In this document: one piece after another, positions 44,935 to 57,300 of the stretch | How the letters are laid out: each line of letters starts with the position of its first letter | Position numbering within the stretch: position 1 is the first letter of the stretch | From: Pavona decussata | Taxonomy: Eukaryota | Direction: 5' to 3' | DNA length: 64,000 bases | Assembly: GCA_977016875.1 (NCBI GenBank) | Contig: CDRNST010000130.1 | Coordinates: 806,001 to 870,000 of the forward strand | The notes under the pieces: generated by a model | Seen by the model: the letters and a program-made list of their open reading frames with translations, nothing else | Databases searched by the model: none | Told to the model about the DNA's origin: nothing | Program-made: the position numbers and the translations under genes

Positions 44935-45332
44935 GTAACAAATTGGATTTGTTCAACAGTCAGTGCTTGAGAAGAATCTGCGGGGTGGTATGACAGAATT
45001 TCCAACAAAGAGATTTGAAACCGAACTAAACAGCATAAGACGGCTTGTCTTCTGACGAAGAAACGACACCTATGGTTTGGTCATCTATCCAGAATGACCA
45101 AGAACAGAACAGATGCTCGACAGGTTATGATCTGGACACCGAAAGGCAGACGAAAAAGGGGCAGGCCAAGAAAAACATGGAAGCAAACCGTTGTGGAAGA
45201 CCTGGATAAGATGGGATCATCGTGGGCTTAAGCTTGGACTCCGGCAAAAAACTGGGCCAAATGGAAGAACTGTGTAGCTGCCCTATGCACCTGCGAAGAG
45301 GTGTGATGGGTTTATGATTATGATGATCATGA
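44935..45332 (+). mobile_element. RTE-clade LINE 3' fragment immediately downstream of the GPCR
   Basis: Degenerate translation CLRRI...WFGHLSRM...RQVMIWTPKGRRKRGRPRKTWKQTVVEDL...VAALCT, followed by an (ATG)n-like tail. Confidence 0.8.
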
Positions 45333-46180
45333 TCTAATATTCAGTAAACTTAAAATGACGAAGAGCGCGATGCATAAAACATTGGCTAAATCGTGTCACG
45401 TATTTACCGGGGGATTTGAATGTAAATGAATGCTTAACTGAAAAACACAGGGATAAATGTAAACAGATTAATTTATTTGGCAAACATGGAGGGACAAAGA
45501 TCGACACAATGTCGACTATGAAGATAAAGAGACAGCAACAACCCATTGGCTGGTGAAAGTGGAGGAAGCAGAAAATACTTGTCTATAGACGCTTTTTTGG
45601 CAGGGGAAGAAGAACGCAAGTAAATAGAAAACTTGCCTTTTTAAAGGGAAAACCCCTTAGTCTCTTTGGTTGGATTTGTCACAATTTTCCTACCTGGTGT
45701 ATCGTGATATCTATAACATAATGTTCGCTTGTATCGAGACGCGCGCCAATAAAACGATTCTCACTTCGCTAACTCCAGACATTCAACTTGAGTCATTCAA
45801 GTCAGCCAGCCATCTGAAGAATGTAACAGCATCAACTGAATTATCGCAAATTCCACTTGAAATATAACATATACATGTAATAGTTCAAAAGTTAAGAATT
45901 GTGCCACGCCAGATACGAAAAACCACTAAAAATTCACCCTTTAGAAGTGGCCAAAACATGTGAAAACGTATTCCCCAGATGCAGTTGCACCGGACCGCGA
46001 GGAAAAGGTAACTAAAATTACACTAGAAAACCTATCTAAGGCATAGTTTATACGTCGCGCTACGGTCGAATTAAATTCAGACGAATTTAATTCCATTAAA
46101 GTCGTCGTTCCGTTGACAAATTGTGGCGTGGTATTATCCTTCGAAATCAATACGGTCGAATTTAATTTGCGCATGTTTGA

Positions 46181-46380
46181 TGTACAAAATATTCCACTCC
46201 ACTCGAGATGACTGTTATACGATCTTTAATAAACACTGACAGTCACAAGCTCCTTCAATACTCAGTCGTACAAATCCTTCCAGCTTATTATTTGATTCCG
46301 GTCAAAATCATTCACATGTCGATCAAGTTTACAGTACACATTCCCTAGATTTCATTGTCGCTAATATCGGGTTTCCAACA
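46181..46380 (-). repeat. 3' LTR of the BEL/Pao element
   Basis: TG...CA termini. Direct repeat of 51681-51864 with roughly 10% mismatches by eye plus an ~18 bp indel. Adjacent purine tract GAGTGGGGGGAC on the minus strand. Confidence 0.88.
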
Positions 46381-48008
46381 GTCCCCCCACTCTTGACTCA
46401 CTTTTGAGTCAAGGATGAACAGCTTTGTTAAGTCATGCTCAGAACTCAGTAGCATTCCCTTCGTCCTCCAGGCAGCATCTAGCGCGGCAGCTCGGCGAGG
46501 TCTGTCCCGCCTTGTTTCTGCAGCACCTCCCTCATTCACTCTCGGTGTGTCTTCCAGTGATGCTACACGGACTTCTAAGGGGAATAGCCTTTGTACAGGC
46601 CTGCTCATGCGGACCTGTTTCCCCTTTGTGATCGCTCTCACAATCGCTCCTCTTACCTCTTCGTCCTTTCCTGTAATGAGCTTTTCTACAACTGCTAGCT
46701 TCCAACTACCTCTCTTTGAGCCTTCATTATAAACTGTAACTAAATCTCCTACCTTAGGCGACTTTCGGTTGGAAGAACCTCGCATTCTGTGGTTCTCTCG
46801 TAGATCTGTCAAATACTCTCGCTGCCATCTCTTCCGAAAATGTTGCAACTTCTGGTTCAGATATTTGTATCTCCTTGCACAAGTGCTCTCACTCTTGTCT
46901 TCTTCTTCAGTGACAATGACTGAAGTCTTTTTCCGTAGATCAAGAGTGCGGGAGTTAAAACTTCCCCCTTCGGGGTTGTTATACTCGTACGTTAGCGGTC
47001 TAGCATTCAGAGTGCCTTAAACTTCCACAAGTATCGTCAGCAACTCATCGAAAGTTAACCTGGCATTGCCGATTACCTTATGAAGACACCTTTTAACGCT
47101 CCCAACCATTCGCTCAAAAAATCTACCCCACCATGGGGCCCTCTATAGGTTGAAACGCCACTCAATTCGTCTGTTCTCCAGTTCCGCTGAAAGATCCTCC
47201 ACCAGATCCACTATCCAAATACAAAGCTCTAAGTCACACAACACGAAAACAGGGCGATGTATACCTTTCTCATCTGTTTACCTCTAGTCTTGACGTACAA
47301 TGGCCCTGCGAAATCCACGCCAACCTTAGAAAACGGAGGGGACGGTCTCACCCTAAATTCCGGTAAGCTAGAAACCGGTGGCTGCGCAAACGACGTTCCT
47401 TCCAATTTCTTGCATACAACGCACTGACTGAGCACCTTCTTCACCAATTGCCTACCTTTTGGTACCCAGAATCTCGAGCGCAATTCCGCCAGCTTGCCTC
47501 TCACTCCGCTATGCAAGACTCTCTTGTGGCTCTGTTGAATCTGCAGGTACGTCAGGCGATGGTCTTTAGGCAAAATTATCGGCTCTTTCGCATCTTGTAG
47601 CAAATCTGAGTACTCCAAACAAACAAATCAAAGTACACCATTGCAATCCTCCGACAGTCCAAATGTAATTGTCGTCCCGTTTCAACTCTTTCTGTGCCAC
47701 TTTAATGCAGTCATTTTCCACCTCTGTTAACTCTTGTAATGTGAGGGCTTCTCGCTTTCTTTCTTCTTTCATCTTCTTCTGAACGTTAAAAAAAGCCGTT
47801 TAATCCACGCTGTCACTCTCAAACGCTTTCTTATACAACTGTACCTGTCAATCTGTACAACTCTGTCTAAACCGGGAGGCGTGTCAACTTGTACTGCCAA
47901 AACTGCGGCTTTACGTTCTTCCTCACTACTCTCAGTCGTGGGTTGAATCGCTTTTACTGTTGGCCAACCAACTTCTCACTCCTTTAACCACATTAGACCA
48001 TGCCACCA

Positions 48009-48568
48009 TTGTCGGCACAGAAACTCTAAAACGATCGATAGATTAGTAACTGCGACAAACAGGGATGAAATAAACTCCTCTTTAATTACAGACTTCGCTT
48101 GCACGCTAACGCATCCTTCGTATTCTCCTTGACTTCACTGCAGAACAGTTTTCGCCGTAAATCCGAGATATCCGTAGCATTGTGAGCGTTCCAATACGTT
48201 CCAAAGCGTACCAAAGCGTACTGAAGCGTACTGAAGCGATAACGAAAACTAGGAAACGAAGACTACAATTACAAATATGCATTAGCGATGAAATACAAGC
48301 GAAAGGAACTGCATGCTAATGCTGAAAATCTCTAACTTACATCTGTGTCCTAGTGTCCTTTAAAACCTTTGATAGTCCGTGAGAATATCCCTGAAAATAA
48401 CCCGTAAACCGTAAGAACTCAATCTAAACTTCACCATAAAACACCGTCAAAGACTTCTGCTCACGTCCGTTCACATGTTCATCCGGGACCACACGTCCCA
48501 GTCTACTGCAGCATGACGCAATAAATGTCACCAACGAACGAAACAATGTCACGGAAATAATGTCACGA
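48009..48568 (-). mobile_element. Probable solo LTR inserted in the BEL pol region
   Basis: Interrupts ...KQSELW|WHGLMWL... with a 4-bp duplication (ACCA). Non-coding, with short internal tandem repeats. Ends in ...CCGACA on the minus strand, with ATTAAA near that end. Confidence 0.6.
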
Positions 48569-49025
48569 ACCACAACTCGCTCTGCTTAAGCTTCAGCGCG
48601 GACACACCCCTCGATCGAATGTCAGCTGGGTTTTCTTCACCCGGCCAATGACTCCAATCTCCCTTTTCACTCAGATCCCCACGGTTCATAATCCAATGCA
48701 GGGCAGTCATGCTGTCCAGCCACAGTCTCGACCGCTTCACTCCAGCCTGATGAGACAGCACCGTCTCCACGTTACTCATAAGCCTCGCCAGCATCAGCGC
48801 CGACATGAGCTCTAGCTTCGGTATCGACAACTCCTTCAATGGAGCGACTCTCGTCTTCGAAGTCAACATTGTTGTGTATCTCCCAGTACTGGTTGTGTAC
48901 ACCAGGTAAATAACGGCACAGTAAGCTTTCTTGCTTGCGTCCGCGAAGCCATGGAGTGAACAATGCAGTACTTCTTCGCGCAAATGATCCGAAACACATC
49001 GGTGGATCGTGATCGTCTGACAATC

Positions 49026-49473
49026 TTATTTATTTATTTATTTATTCACCACGACATACAAACATAGAAAGTTACAATGAGTAATAGGCTAGGATCGTAC
49101 ATAAGTTTAGAGTAAATAATAATAGTAAAAGAAGGAGTAAGAAGTGGCGAGGAGACCTCAAGAAACCCCCGGGCTTATACTGAGAGGTCCCCTCGGAGAT
49201 ATGTTAGGACTTTAAGACCAGTAAAGACATTGCATTTAGATTTTTTAACATACGGTGGTAAGACTATAAAGACATAACAGAGTCGGACGTTTCATGCAAT
49301 TAACTGAGGAAATCAAGAAGATTTCTTTTGAAGGTGGATAGACTAGGGGAAGACGTAATTGATAATGGCAAAGCATTGCATATTTTTGGCCCCCTATAGA
49401 GTATAGTAAATTGCTTGATATTAGTTCGGCAGGTGTGAGGTCGAAAATGAGCTGAGGTTCTAGTATCGTAAAT
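49026..49473 (-). mobile_element. 3' end of a LINE (L2/CR1-like) with (TAAA)n tail, inserted in BEL pol
   Basis: (TTTA)n run at 49026-49045. The block GGCGAGGAGACCTCAAGAAACC recurs in reverse orientation at ~62683-62790. Confidence 0.6.
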
Positions 49474-51680
49474 CTAGGAGACTCTTGATCCAACTTTCAA
49501 CACCTCGCTTGACTTCACCTTGAAATGGATCGTCCCAACCACTCTTTTGACGACACACACCTTACCTTCCCTCAACGACGCGTCGTACACAACCCGCACC
49601 TTCGTGGTTGTTGACTCCTTACGAATTACGGCTTGGTGTGGCAAGTAGTGTACTTTAGGCGCCTTCTCCAGCTCTACCACTCTCTCTATTATCCCAGCCT
49701 CTAGTTGATCTTGAATTATCAACGCATACTCCATCAACACTTCCGGTTCCTTTTTCAGTCTAGCGATCTGGGTCTTGAGGCGGCGCAAGTTCGTAGCGTA
49801 GTTGCTTGGGAGTTCTAGGTGGCCCTCCTTCCATGGCAATCTAACGGAATAAATAATTCCTGTAAATGACGCAGTTTACAAACGATGCCTAACGTTTCCA
49901 TATCCCACAGCTTATGGACGTCACTTTCTAAATTTAAGCGTTCTTCGCGAGAACTCCGAATCAAATTAACTTGCCCTGAACGGACTTCACTCTCATTCTC
50001 CGAGCTCTTCATGGGACCTGATAGTACCCACCCTAATTCCGTTTACACGGCAACAGGCTCGTCTGGTTTGCCCCTGATTGTGTATCCTTTCTGGAAGAAG
50101 TGTACGACATCTCTAAGCTGCATATCTCGGGAGGTTTGTCCAAATGTACTAATCCCGAGCCAACTTGGCGAATCACTCTCAGCTGCGCGTGCTGAGCCAC
50201 TCTGTCGGTCACGTAGGAGCGACGACTACCTGCATCGAACAAACCCTAACCTTCCTAGGTTCTCCTCCCCCGCTAACAGCAGCGCATGCTGTTTGTAAGG
50301 CTACACGCCCACCTGTACCCACGTGCAAGCTACTAGGACTAGCGATAATTGGATTCGCAACTGGCGCAACTTCGAATGCATTAGTTACAGGCTTAGATGG
50401 GTTATCACGTACAGAAATGTGGTGATTTCGGCCACAATTATTGCACAGTTCAAAAGATTTACACTCTCTCACACGATGTCCTTTCCTCAAACACTTAAAA
50501 CATCTAGCGAATTCGTATAGAATGTCCTTACGTTTGTTTACATCAACTACTTTCGGACAGTGTTCATGGGCGTGCTTGCCCAAGCAAAAGGCACAATTAT
50601 CCGTCTCCTGCCTCGTATGCAAGGTAGTGTTCGTCGAGGTTCCTCTCATTCTGCTGTCCCTGCTCTGGAATGCACTCTGTTTCTGGTCCTGAGATCCAGC
50701 ACTCGCAGGCACCACGTGGCCCCGCGTGGTCATGGTCTTCTCTCAGTTCCAGTTCGGTCAAAAATGCGGTCAGCATTTCCTCCATGGACCAGCTCAGGAA
50801 ATCTGTGCTCCGCGTGATAGTCAGTCGAAAGGCATCGGCAAATTGTGCAGTACGGCCGGTACAACCACTGCTGAGCAGGTGTTTTCATTTACGCTGAGAG
50901 CCTTTAGTCCTCGGAAATGTGTTTCGCAACTATCATACAACTTTCTCAACTGCGGGGTGTCCTTGTCGTTAAAAACGTGTGGCAAATTGAGCAGATCATT
51001 CACGTGCACTCTCTGAATGGCAGTTTCTTTCCCATATCGTTTCTTTAAAACCTGCACGGCCGCTGTGTAGTTCGCTGAAGTGAGGGAGAACCCTGCGATT
51101 GTCGATCTCCAGTCGCTGGTTCCACAACTAAAGTCCGCGGATGTGCGAACTTATCTACCGCTGTGAGGCTTTCAGTTTTGACGATGGCGCTGTCGAAGGA
51201 ATCCCAAAACTCCTGCCTTTCTTGTATTCTCCAGCTAAACTTCTTTACTTCCAGTTTCGGCAATTTGGCTGTATTCTTAGGGGCGGCGAACTAGCGGGAA
51301 ATTGTGATGTCGACGGGTAAAACCCATGGAAAACATTTTGACCTTGAGTTGGCATCGGTTGTTGAATTGGGCGCGGTGGCGACAATTGTTTTAATGCGTC
51401 TTCCATTCTGTCCACGATTCTGTTCAAATCAGTTCGCACAGTATGGTGGCGACAATTGTTTTAATGCGTCTTCCATTCTGTCCACGATTCTATTCAAATC
51501 AGTTCGCACAGTATCACTCCCTTTAATCTCCGTTTCCATGCGCCCTTCTACTTCGTCATCGTCACTGCACCACTTGTCGGGGGCACCGTCCCATTAGTAT
51601 TCTCCATTGCGTTGCTTTTCTTCGACTTTCTAGCGTTCTCTCGTCCAAAATCTGACCATATCCGGCTCGTTCAGGACCAC

Positions 51681-51864
51681 TGGGTACAAAATATTCCACT
51701 CCACTCAAGAGGACTGTATAACGTTCGTTGATAAACACTCGCAGTCACAATCTCCTTCAATACTCAGTCGTACAAATCCTTCTAGCTTATCACTTGATTC
51801 CGGTCAAAACCATTCACATGTCGATCAAGTTTATGTCATTGTCGCTAATATCCGGTTTCCGACA
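51681..51864 (-). repeat. 5' LTR of the BEL/Pao element, followed by a tRNA-Tyr-like primer binding site
   Basis: Direct repeat of 46181-46380. The minus strand downstream reads TGGTCCTGAACGAGCCGGA, close to the complement of the tRNA-Tyr 3' end (…CCGGCTCGAAGGACCA). Confidence 0.85.
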
Positions 51865-51914
51865 GTTTAATACTTGAAAAGCTCGCCACAGGTCACTGCG
51901 GGCTCGCCAAAATA

Positions 51915-52044
51915 CAGTCGGCCCCTTCAAGGGAAATTAAAAAAAGATTCGAGTTAACGGGACTTCGAGTTGTCGAGGATAGAAAAATATAGAAAATGAC
52001 CTGAAAGGAAAGGAATAATGGTTCGAGTTATCTGGAGTCGACTG
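51915..52044. mobile_element. Tc1/mariner-type MITE
   Basis: TA|CAGTCG...CGACTG|TA termini with internal TTCGAGTT repeats. Confidence 0.6.
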
Positions 52045-52946
52045 TAGTTTAAAATACATTAAGAAAATTTATGCATTTCATTCGACGCGACGCTAGTGCT
52101 ACGTTTAAACTGAAGACGCGTTATCGATATTTAGGACGAATTTTAAAATTTGTTTTAGCCGTCGCGCTATCGTCGAATTTAATTGCTTGTGGGACCTTGA
52201 ATTAAATTTGACTGTAGCTCGACGTATAAACTAGGCCTAAGGCAAAATTTTTAGCGAGAAATAACAAACAAGACGACTGACTGACGTAGAATGACAATAA
52301 TCTTCCGCCAAACACCTAAATAGTCCCGAAGTATCCCATGACGACCCATGACAACATGCGACACCCTTCATCATGTCTTCAAAATATTAAAAAAATACAA
52401 AACTGAATGCAAGGCTGGCACTGCGGCAAAGGGCAGATTTTTTTTCTGAATATTAATTTCTGACAAGTTGGTTGCTATGTCATTCAATCGTCAGAAATAA
52501 CATCTTATAAAGAGAGATCCATAGTAAAGCAGTAGTTAATAAATATTCTAAGAGGGCGCTCTGAATATGACATAATAGGCGATGTTGGTTATAGTCATTT
52601 TGTATACATCAAGACCGACCCATTGATAGAGGGGTTGAGGGGAATGGGGGAACCTGATTCCAGAATAGGGACCATGATCCCCAACTGTTTAATTAGCTTA
52701 ATTTGGGGGGGGGGGGGGGGGAGAATCGGGGACTAAAATATGTAAGTGGCGTATGATAGCCCATAAATGAAGCCGCTTGTTATTGGCTTTCTTGTTTTGG
52801 TTGTCGAACTGCTTAGTGGGGTACTGGAAAGATAATTTTTTATACGCTATATTCCTTATGGTGAAGCTTATCACTTTACCCCTTACAGGAATCGCGAAAA
52901 CTAGATCGTTAACGAATATTTCTCTTTTTAAATCTCATTTGAAAGT

Positions 52947-53161
52947 NNNNNNNNNNNNNNNNNNNNNNNNNNNNNNNNNNNNNNNNNNNNNNNNNNNNNN
53001 NNNNNNNNNNNNNNNNNNNNNNNNNNNNNNNNNNNNNNNNNNNNNNNNNNNNNNNNNNNNNNNNNNNNNNNNNNNNNNNNNNNNNNNNNNNNNNNNNNNN
53101 NNNNNNNNNNNNNNNNNNNNNNNNNNNNNNNNNNNNNNNNNNNNNNNNNNNNNNNNNNNNN
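52947..53161. other. Assembly gap (N run)
   Basis: Run of n characters. Confidence 0.99.
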
Positions 53162-54368
53162 AAAACGCCGACATATAAAACAGCTGGTAAAGACTTTATG
53201 CAGTACTCAAGCCAGTCAACCAATCGTTGAAAGTTACCCATAAGCTGGCTACAGAAAGAAATGCAAATGTTTTGGTCGTTCGCCAGCTGAATCTACTCCT
53301 TTTTTCCTTCTCCATGTTTCTAGAATCAAGCAACTTTCACCCCCCTCCAGCTGAGACTGTGTGGTCTCATTCTTACAGAAACCGATTTTTAAGAAAATAT
53401 GAAAAGGGAAGAATTTCTTTGGCTTCTGACAATGTTTTTACTGACATTTTGACAATATTTTGATAATTTGAAATAGAAAGTGTCCGAGACAGCCGAACTT
53501 AAATTTGTGCCAATTTTTCCCTTATTCATTTCTTTGCTGGTACCGTTTTGGCTTCAACGGTACATTTTGAAATTTATTAATGACAATATCTAATTCATAG
53601 AACGTCGTTCATCACTTTAAATGCAGATCCCCCACAGCCACTAAGTTTTGTTTTCTGTAATACAGGAACAGCTGCCTGTTTCAGCAGAAACTAGAGAGGA
53701 CATCATAGACTAAATTAAGCGTATACACGGAAAAAACAAAAACAAAGACTAACACTTGTTTTGCATAATGATCTGTACATATCTCTTTTCTCGAGGACTG
53801 ACATTGTATTTTTGCTGTCTTGGCTCTTTTGAGCTCTCGAGGACACAGAATAGACTTGCAGTTACTTCAACATTGTTTTTGTTTTCTCCGAAAGGAAGTT
53901 GTACTCGTTTTCCGGTTTTCAGAGGAAATTATTTCTTATCGATGTTCCTCAGCGGAAGTCAATACAAAACATCAGGTCAGCCACTGAAAGCGCACGTACG
54001 TGCCTCAGTTACGCTAGCCAATCAGCACACGGCTCGCTGCAACATCAATACGTGCTTCAGTGTGGCATTTAGGGTGATTCTGGTATTTTCTTTTAATCCT
54101 GGCCTGCCGTCAGAACGAAAAGCAGTTAAAAGGTAAAGTTACACCAAGATAATGCCCACAGCTGAAGCTTCACCGCATCCGTTTTCTGTCAACGCATCAG
54201 TCATTTAACAGTGTAGTGAAGGCAAAATAGATTGAACCCCATCCAGAACCACATATCCACATATACAAAGATCACAAGTTCCGTTTCACTGATTGATTGA
54301 TTCTTTAAATTTACCAGGACATTCATCTTCAGTTAACTGGTAACCTCGGGTTTGGTTGATTAGCGAAG

Positions 54369-57300
54369 ATGATTCCCTCTGGAGGCCTCGCATTAATTCT
54401 CACTGGTAAGTCACTAGATTCGTTTATTGTAAAATAAAATAGTGCAGTTCTTTTCCATTAGATGGCATATATGTTGCCCTACGTGTGATTTTCTTGTTGT
54501 TGAAATCTAAATTGAGAGTTACACGTGAGTAGCTAGAAAAAAATTTCTTTTTCTCGATTCATTCAGCTGATTCTGCCGGGAAGTAGCCATGTTAGTTTCA
54601 AATACCAGCATCAGACATTTCATTTTCAATGTATTATTTTTAACTTGCTTAGGTTTGACACTAAAATTATTTTTTGCGTGAAAATTGTGTGCGAGGGAGC
54701 TGTATTATGTATTATGTTAATTTTGAAAACAAGAATCATATTGAGTAATGTAGAAGTGTACCAAGAAGCGCATGCTGGATTATTTATAGACGAGTAATAA
54801 TCCTTCAGCTTTCGTTTATATAGAAAGGAAAGGTGTTGACTGTAAATTTTTCGTATTGAAAGACTTAGCGACGGAGAAGAAGCTTGATTTATTCAAATTA
54901 TATGATTTACTATATTCAAATATCAACCGAAAACTTATTGCTTCAATATATCTTTGCAGAAAAAAATTGGTGATAATAATTCAGCCAGGAACTTTCGAAA
55001 AGAATTCGGTGAAATGTTGATTTTTGCCAAAAATGTTTTAAAATGTGTGAGGGGATATTTTGTTTTGTCGCATGACCGAATTAGGTGTTTCTTCGATGAA
55101 CGTCGAAGCACAGTGTTATCTGCTAGACATGGCTGTCATTAGACATCTACGCGTCCATGAAATACGGCTAAATACAAACTTCGAATGAAACGCTGAAAGG
55201 AAACAAAATATCTGAATGCTTAAAAAGATCGATGTTTGATGTTGGCAAGATATATCGGGAGAGAATAAAACAAAAAAAGGATGAATGTTTTGGATCTTTC
55301 AAGAAAAAGATTAATTGTGTGAAATGCACCTGTTCTACTATAAATTATTGTGAGGAAAAAATTTGCATATCACGCAACGATGGAGAACACGATATAACAT
55401 TTTAAAAGCCTTTTCATCTCTTTTTTTGTCTAACGCCGATGTGATCCCCGAGAGTACAATCTTACACGATAAAATATCGTCGTAGCTAGAGAGCCACACT
55501 CCGACTAAATTTTCTCCACAGGAACCTAACAACACGTTTCGGTGTAAACTTGTTGGAAAGGCGTAAATTGTCTTAAACTTAGATTTGATTCTGGAAACAA
55601 AAAACTATCGATTTCTTTGGTGTTTTCTCACCTAAAAATTAAGAATAATGAAAAATTGATTCCTTTTGTTTTCGAATCGTCGAAACATGTCGTCAAGAAA
55701 GCCAAAAATTAAAACGCCAGCTAAGTTTTTCGGAAAGCCGATATCAGTTGGTAAACTGGGAACAGAGATATGCTCCCTAAAGTCTTCTCCCAAACAAATG
55801 TACCGCCAAAGAGTCCTAACAGGTTAAACTCTGTAAGCATAAACAAATTTGGCCGATAAAGACCCGAAAACGGTTTTGAAATTCAAGTATTTCAGCAAAA
55901 TATTTTTGTTGGGTTCCCTCGTTTCTTGATAACAGATCGTAGGCTTGTGAAACACGATTTTTCACTAGAACCGTCCTTATTTATCATATTTTAAAAATAA
56001 CTTGCCATCTGTCTTTTACGGGCGACACTTTGTTCCTACATTTGAATCCAGCCTAAATTCATGTTATAGAAACGTTCAGCCAGATGTTTATCAGTAATAA
56101 TGAAATTTATGGAGGTTCTGGTCAAACGCTGTTCTTGCACTTCCAATTCACTCCAACAGATGTAAGATAAATCGTAATGTTACCTAGCACAACCAGCGCG
56201 CGGGTGGATGACCAACAACAGCGAACACCAGTTTCGAAGTAGTATGTAAAATTGCGAGCGTGATGCTACATTGTTTGAGACTGGAATATTTTAGGTTTGG
56301 TTTTTGCAATCGACGTAGAAAGAACGCACTCCTAATACAGATTGGAATCGAGATTGTATGGGATAATGAACGAATAAATTGATCTTGTGTCGTGTATCTG
56401 GCATCTCCTGCAGATTTTGCGGGGGTGGATAACATCATCACTAACTTGGTAACTTAGAGAGAGCCTGGGACCGAGAACATCGAACGCACTCCCTTATCTT
56501 TGATTATCACTAGTTCGTTTATTCAACAGTTCAATGGTTTAAAGAATCAAAAACCAAACAAACAAAAACAAAATTAGAAAAAATCCAAACCTTTATTTGA
56601 GTTTCCAGTTGCGAGACCGTTCCTCTGACGGAGGATAACAAACTTCGCGAATTTCCTACAAGTTAGTGGGGCGATGATATAGGTCGATATAGTTTGATGA
56701 AAATCTTAAACGCTTTATGCAGCGAACAAAATGTGGAACGGCCTGTGGGTTTTTTGAAACCTATTAATCAACTAAGAACGTATGCGTAGCAGACGCATGA
56801 AAAATGTAGGGCGCGCGCGCGATGGAGGAAGACGCGCGAGGGGAAAAGGAACGGAGGAAAGGAGGCCCACCAAATTCATTTCCCGCCCCCTCCTTCCACC
56901 CTAAGCACTTAGCATTAAATTGCACGCGTGAAAGAAATTAGCATATGGTAGCCGACGTCCAAATCATTTGTCAATTAAATACATTTTCTCGGGAAACAAT
57001 CGATGTTTTTGCTTATTCTACATTTCTCTATCCTTCCACACATAGTTTAATCGTTTCCATAGCATTTTTTTTCGTGGAAAGATAAATGTTTGAAAGTTTT
57101 GCTTTGGAGCCGCAAGGTTCATTTCTAGCGCACGAGTAAATTTTAATATGCGCTTGTCAGCACACAAAAGTTTTGAACGTTCTGATATTTCAGAAACAAC
57201 CAAATTCTCCTTTTATTAACGTTAGAATTACTTCTGTAGCAGCAATATTTACAGAGTTAAGAATTTTTCAAAGATTTTCGTACGAGCCGTCAAATGGCAT

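Larger units (their letters stand above)
46345..51439 (-). pseudogene. Fragmented BEL/Pao gag-pol polyprotein
   Basis: ORF pieces 51045-51263, 50821-51057, 50209-50733, 50033-50242, 49474-49839, 48549-48983, 47229-47618 and 46345-46848, separated by frameshifts, stops and insertions. The RT core is missing. Confidence 0.9.
46181..51864 (-). mobile_element. Decayed BEL/Pao LTR retrotransposon
   Basis: Two LTRs (46181-46380 and ~51681-51864). PBS at 51660-51679, PPT at 46381-46392, near-TSD GTTTGA/GTTTAA. Frameshifted remnants in BEL order: gag (PKLEVKKF..WDSFDSAI; CAFCLGKHAHEHC, CFKCLRKGHRVREC), protease (FDAGSRRSYVT), RT start (YLPHQAVIRKESTTTKVRVVYDAS), RNase H (LHGFADASKKAY), integrase (HxxxxH..CxxC, VGVDFAGP, ERMVGSVK) and C-terminal WQREYL...RPVQRLFPLE. 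Confidence 0.93.
46040..52237. mobile_element. Harbinger-type MITE split by the BEL/Pao insertion
   Basis: ~40 bp TIRs GGCATAGTTTATACGTCGCGCTAC... / ...GTAGCTCGACGTATAAACTAGGCC, with TAA on both sides. Confidence 0.75.

Noticed and set aside
46345-51439. Active retrotransposon or domesticated gag/integrase gene
   Set aside because: Multiple frameshifts and stops, missing RT core, nested insertions and diverged LTRs.
52777-53241. ORFs spanning N runs (also 58301-58614)
   Set aside because: Artefacts of assembly gaps and microsatellite sequence.
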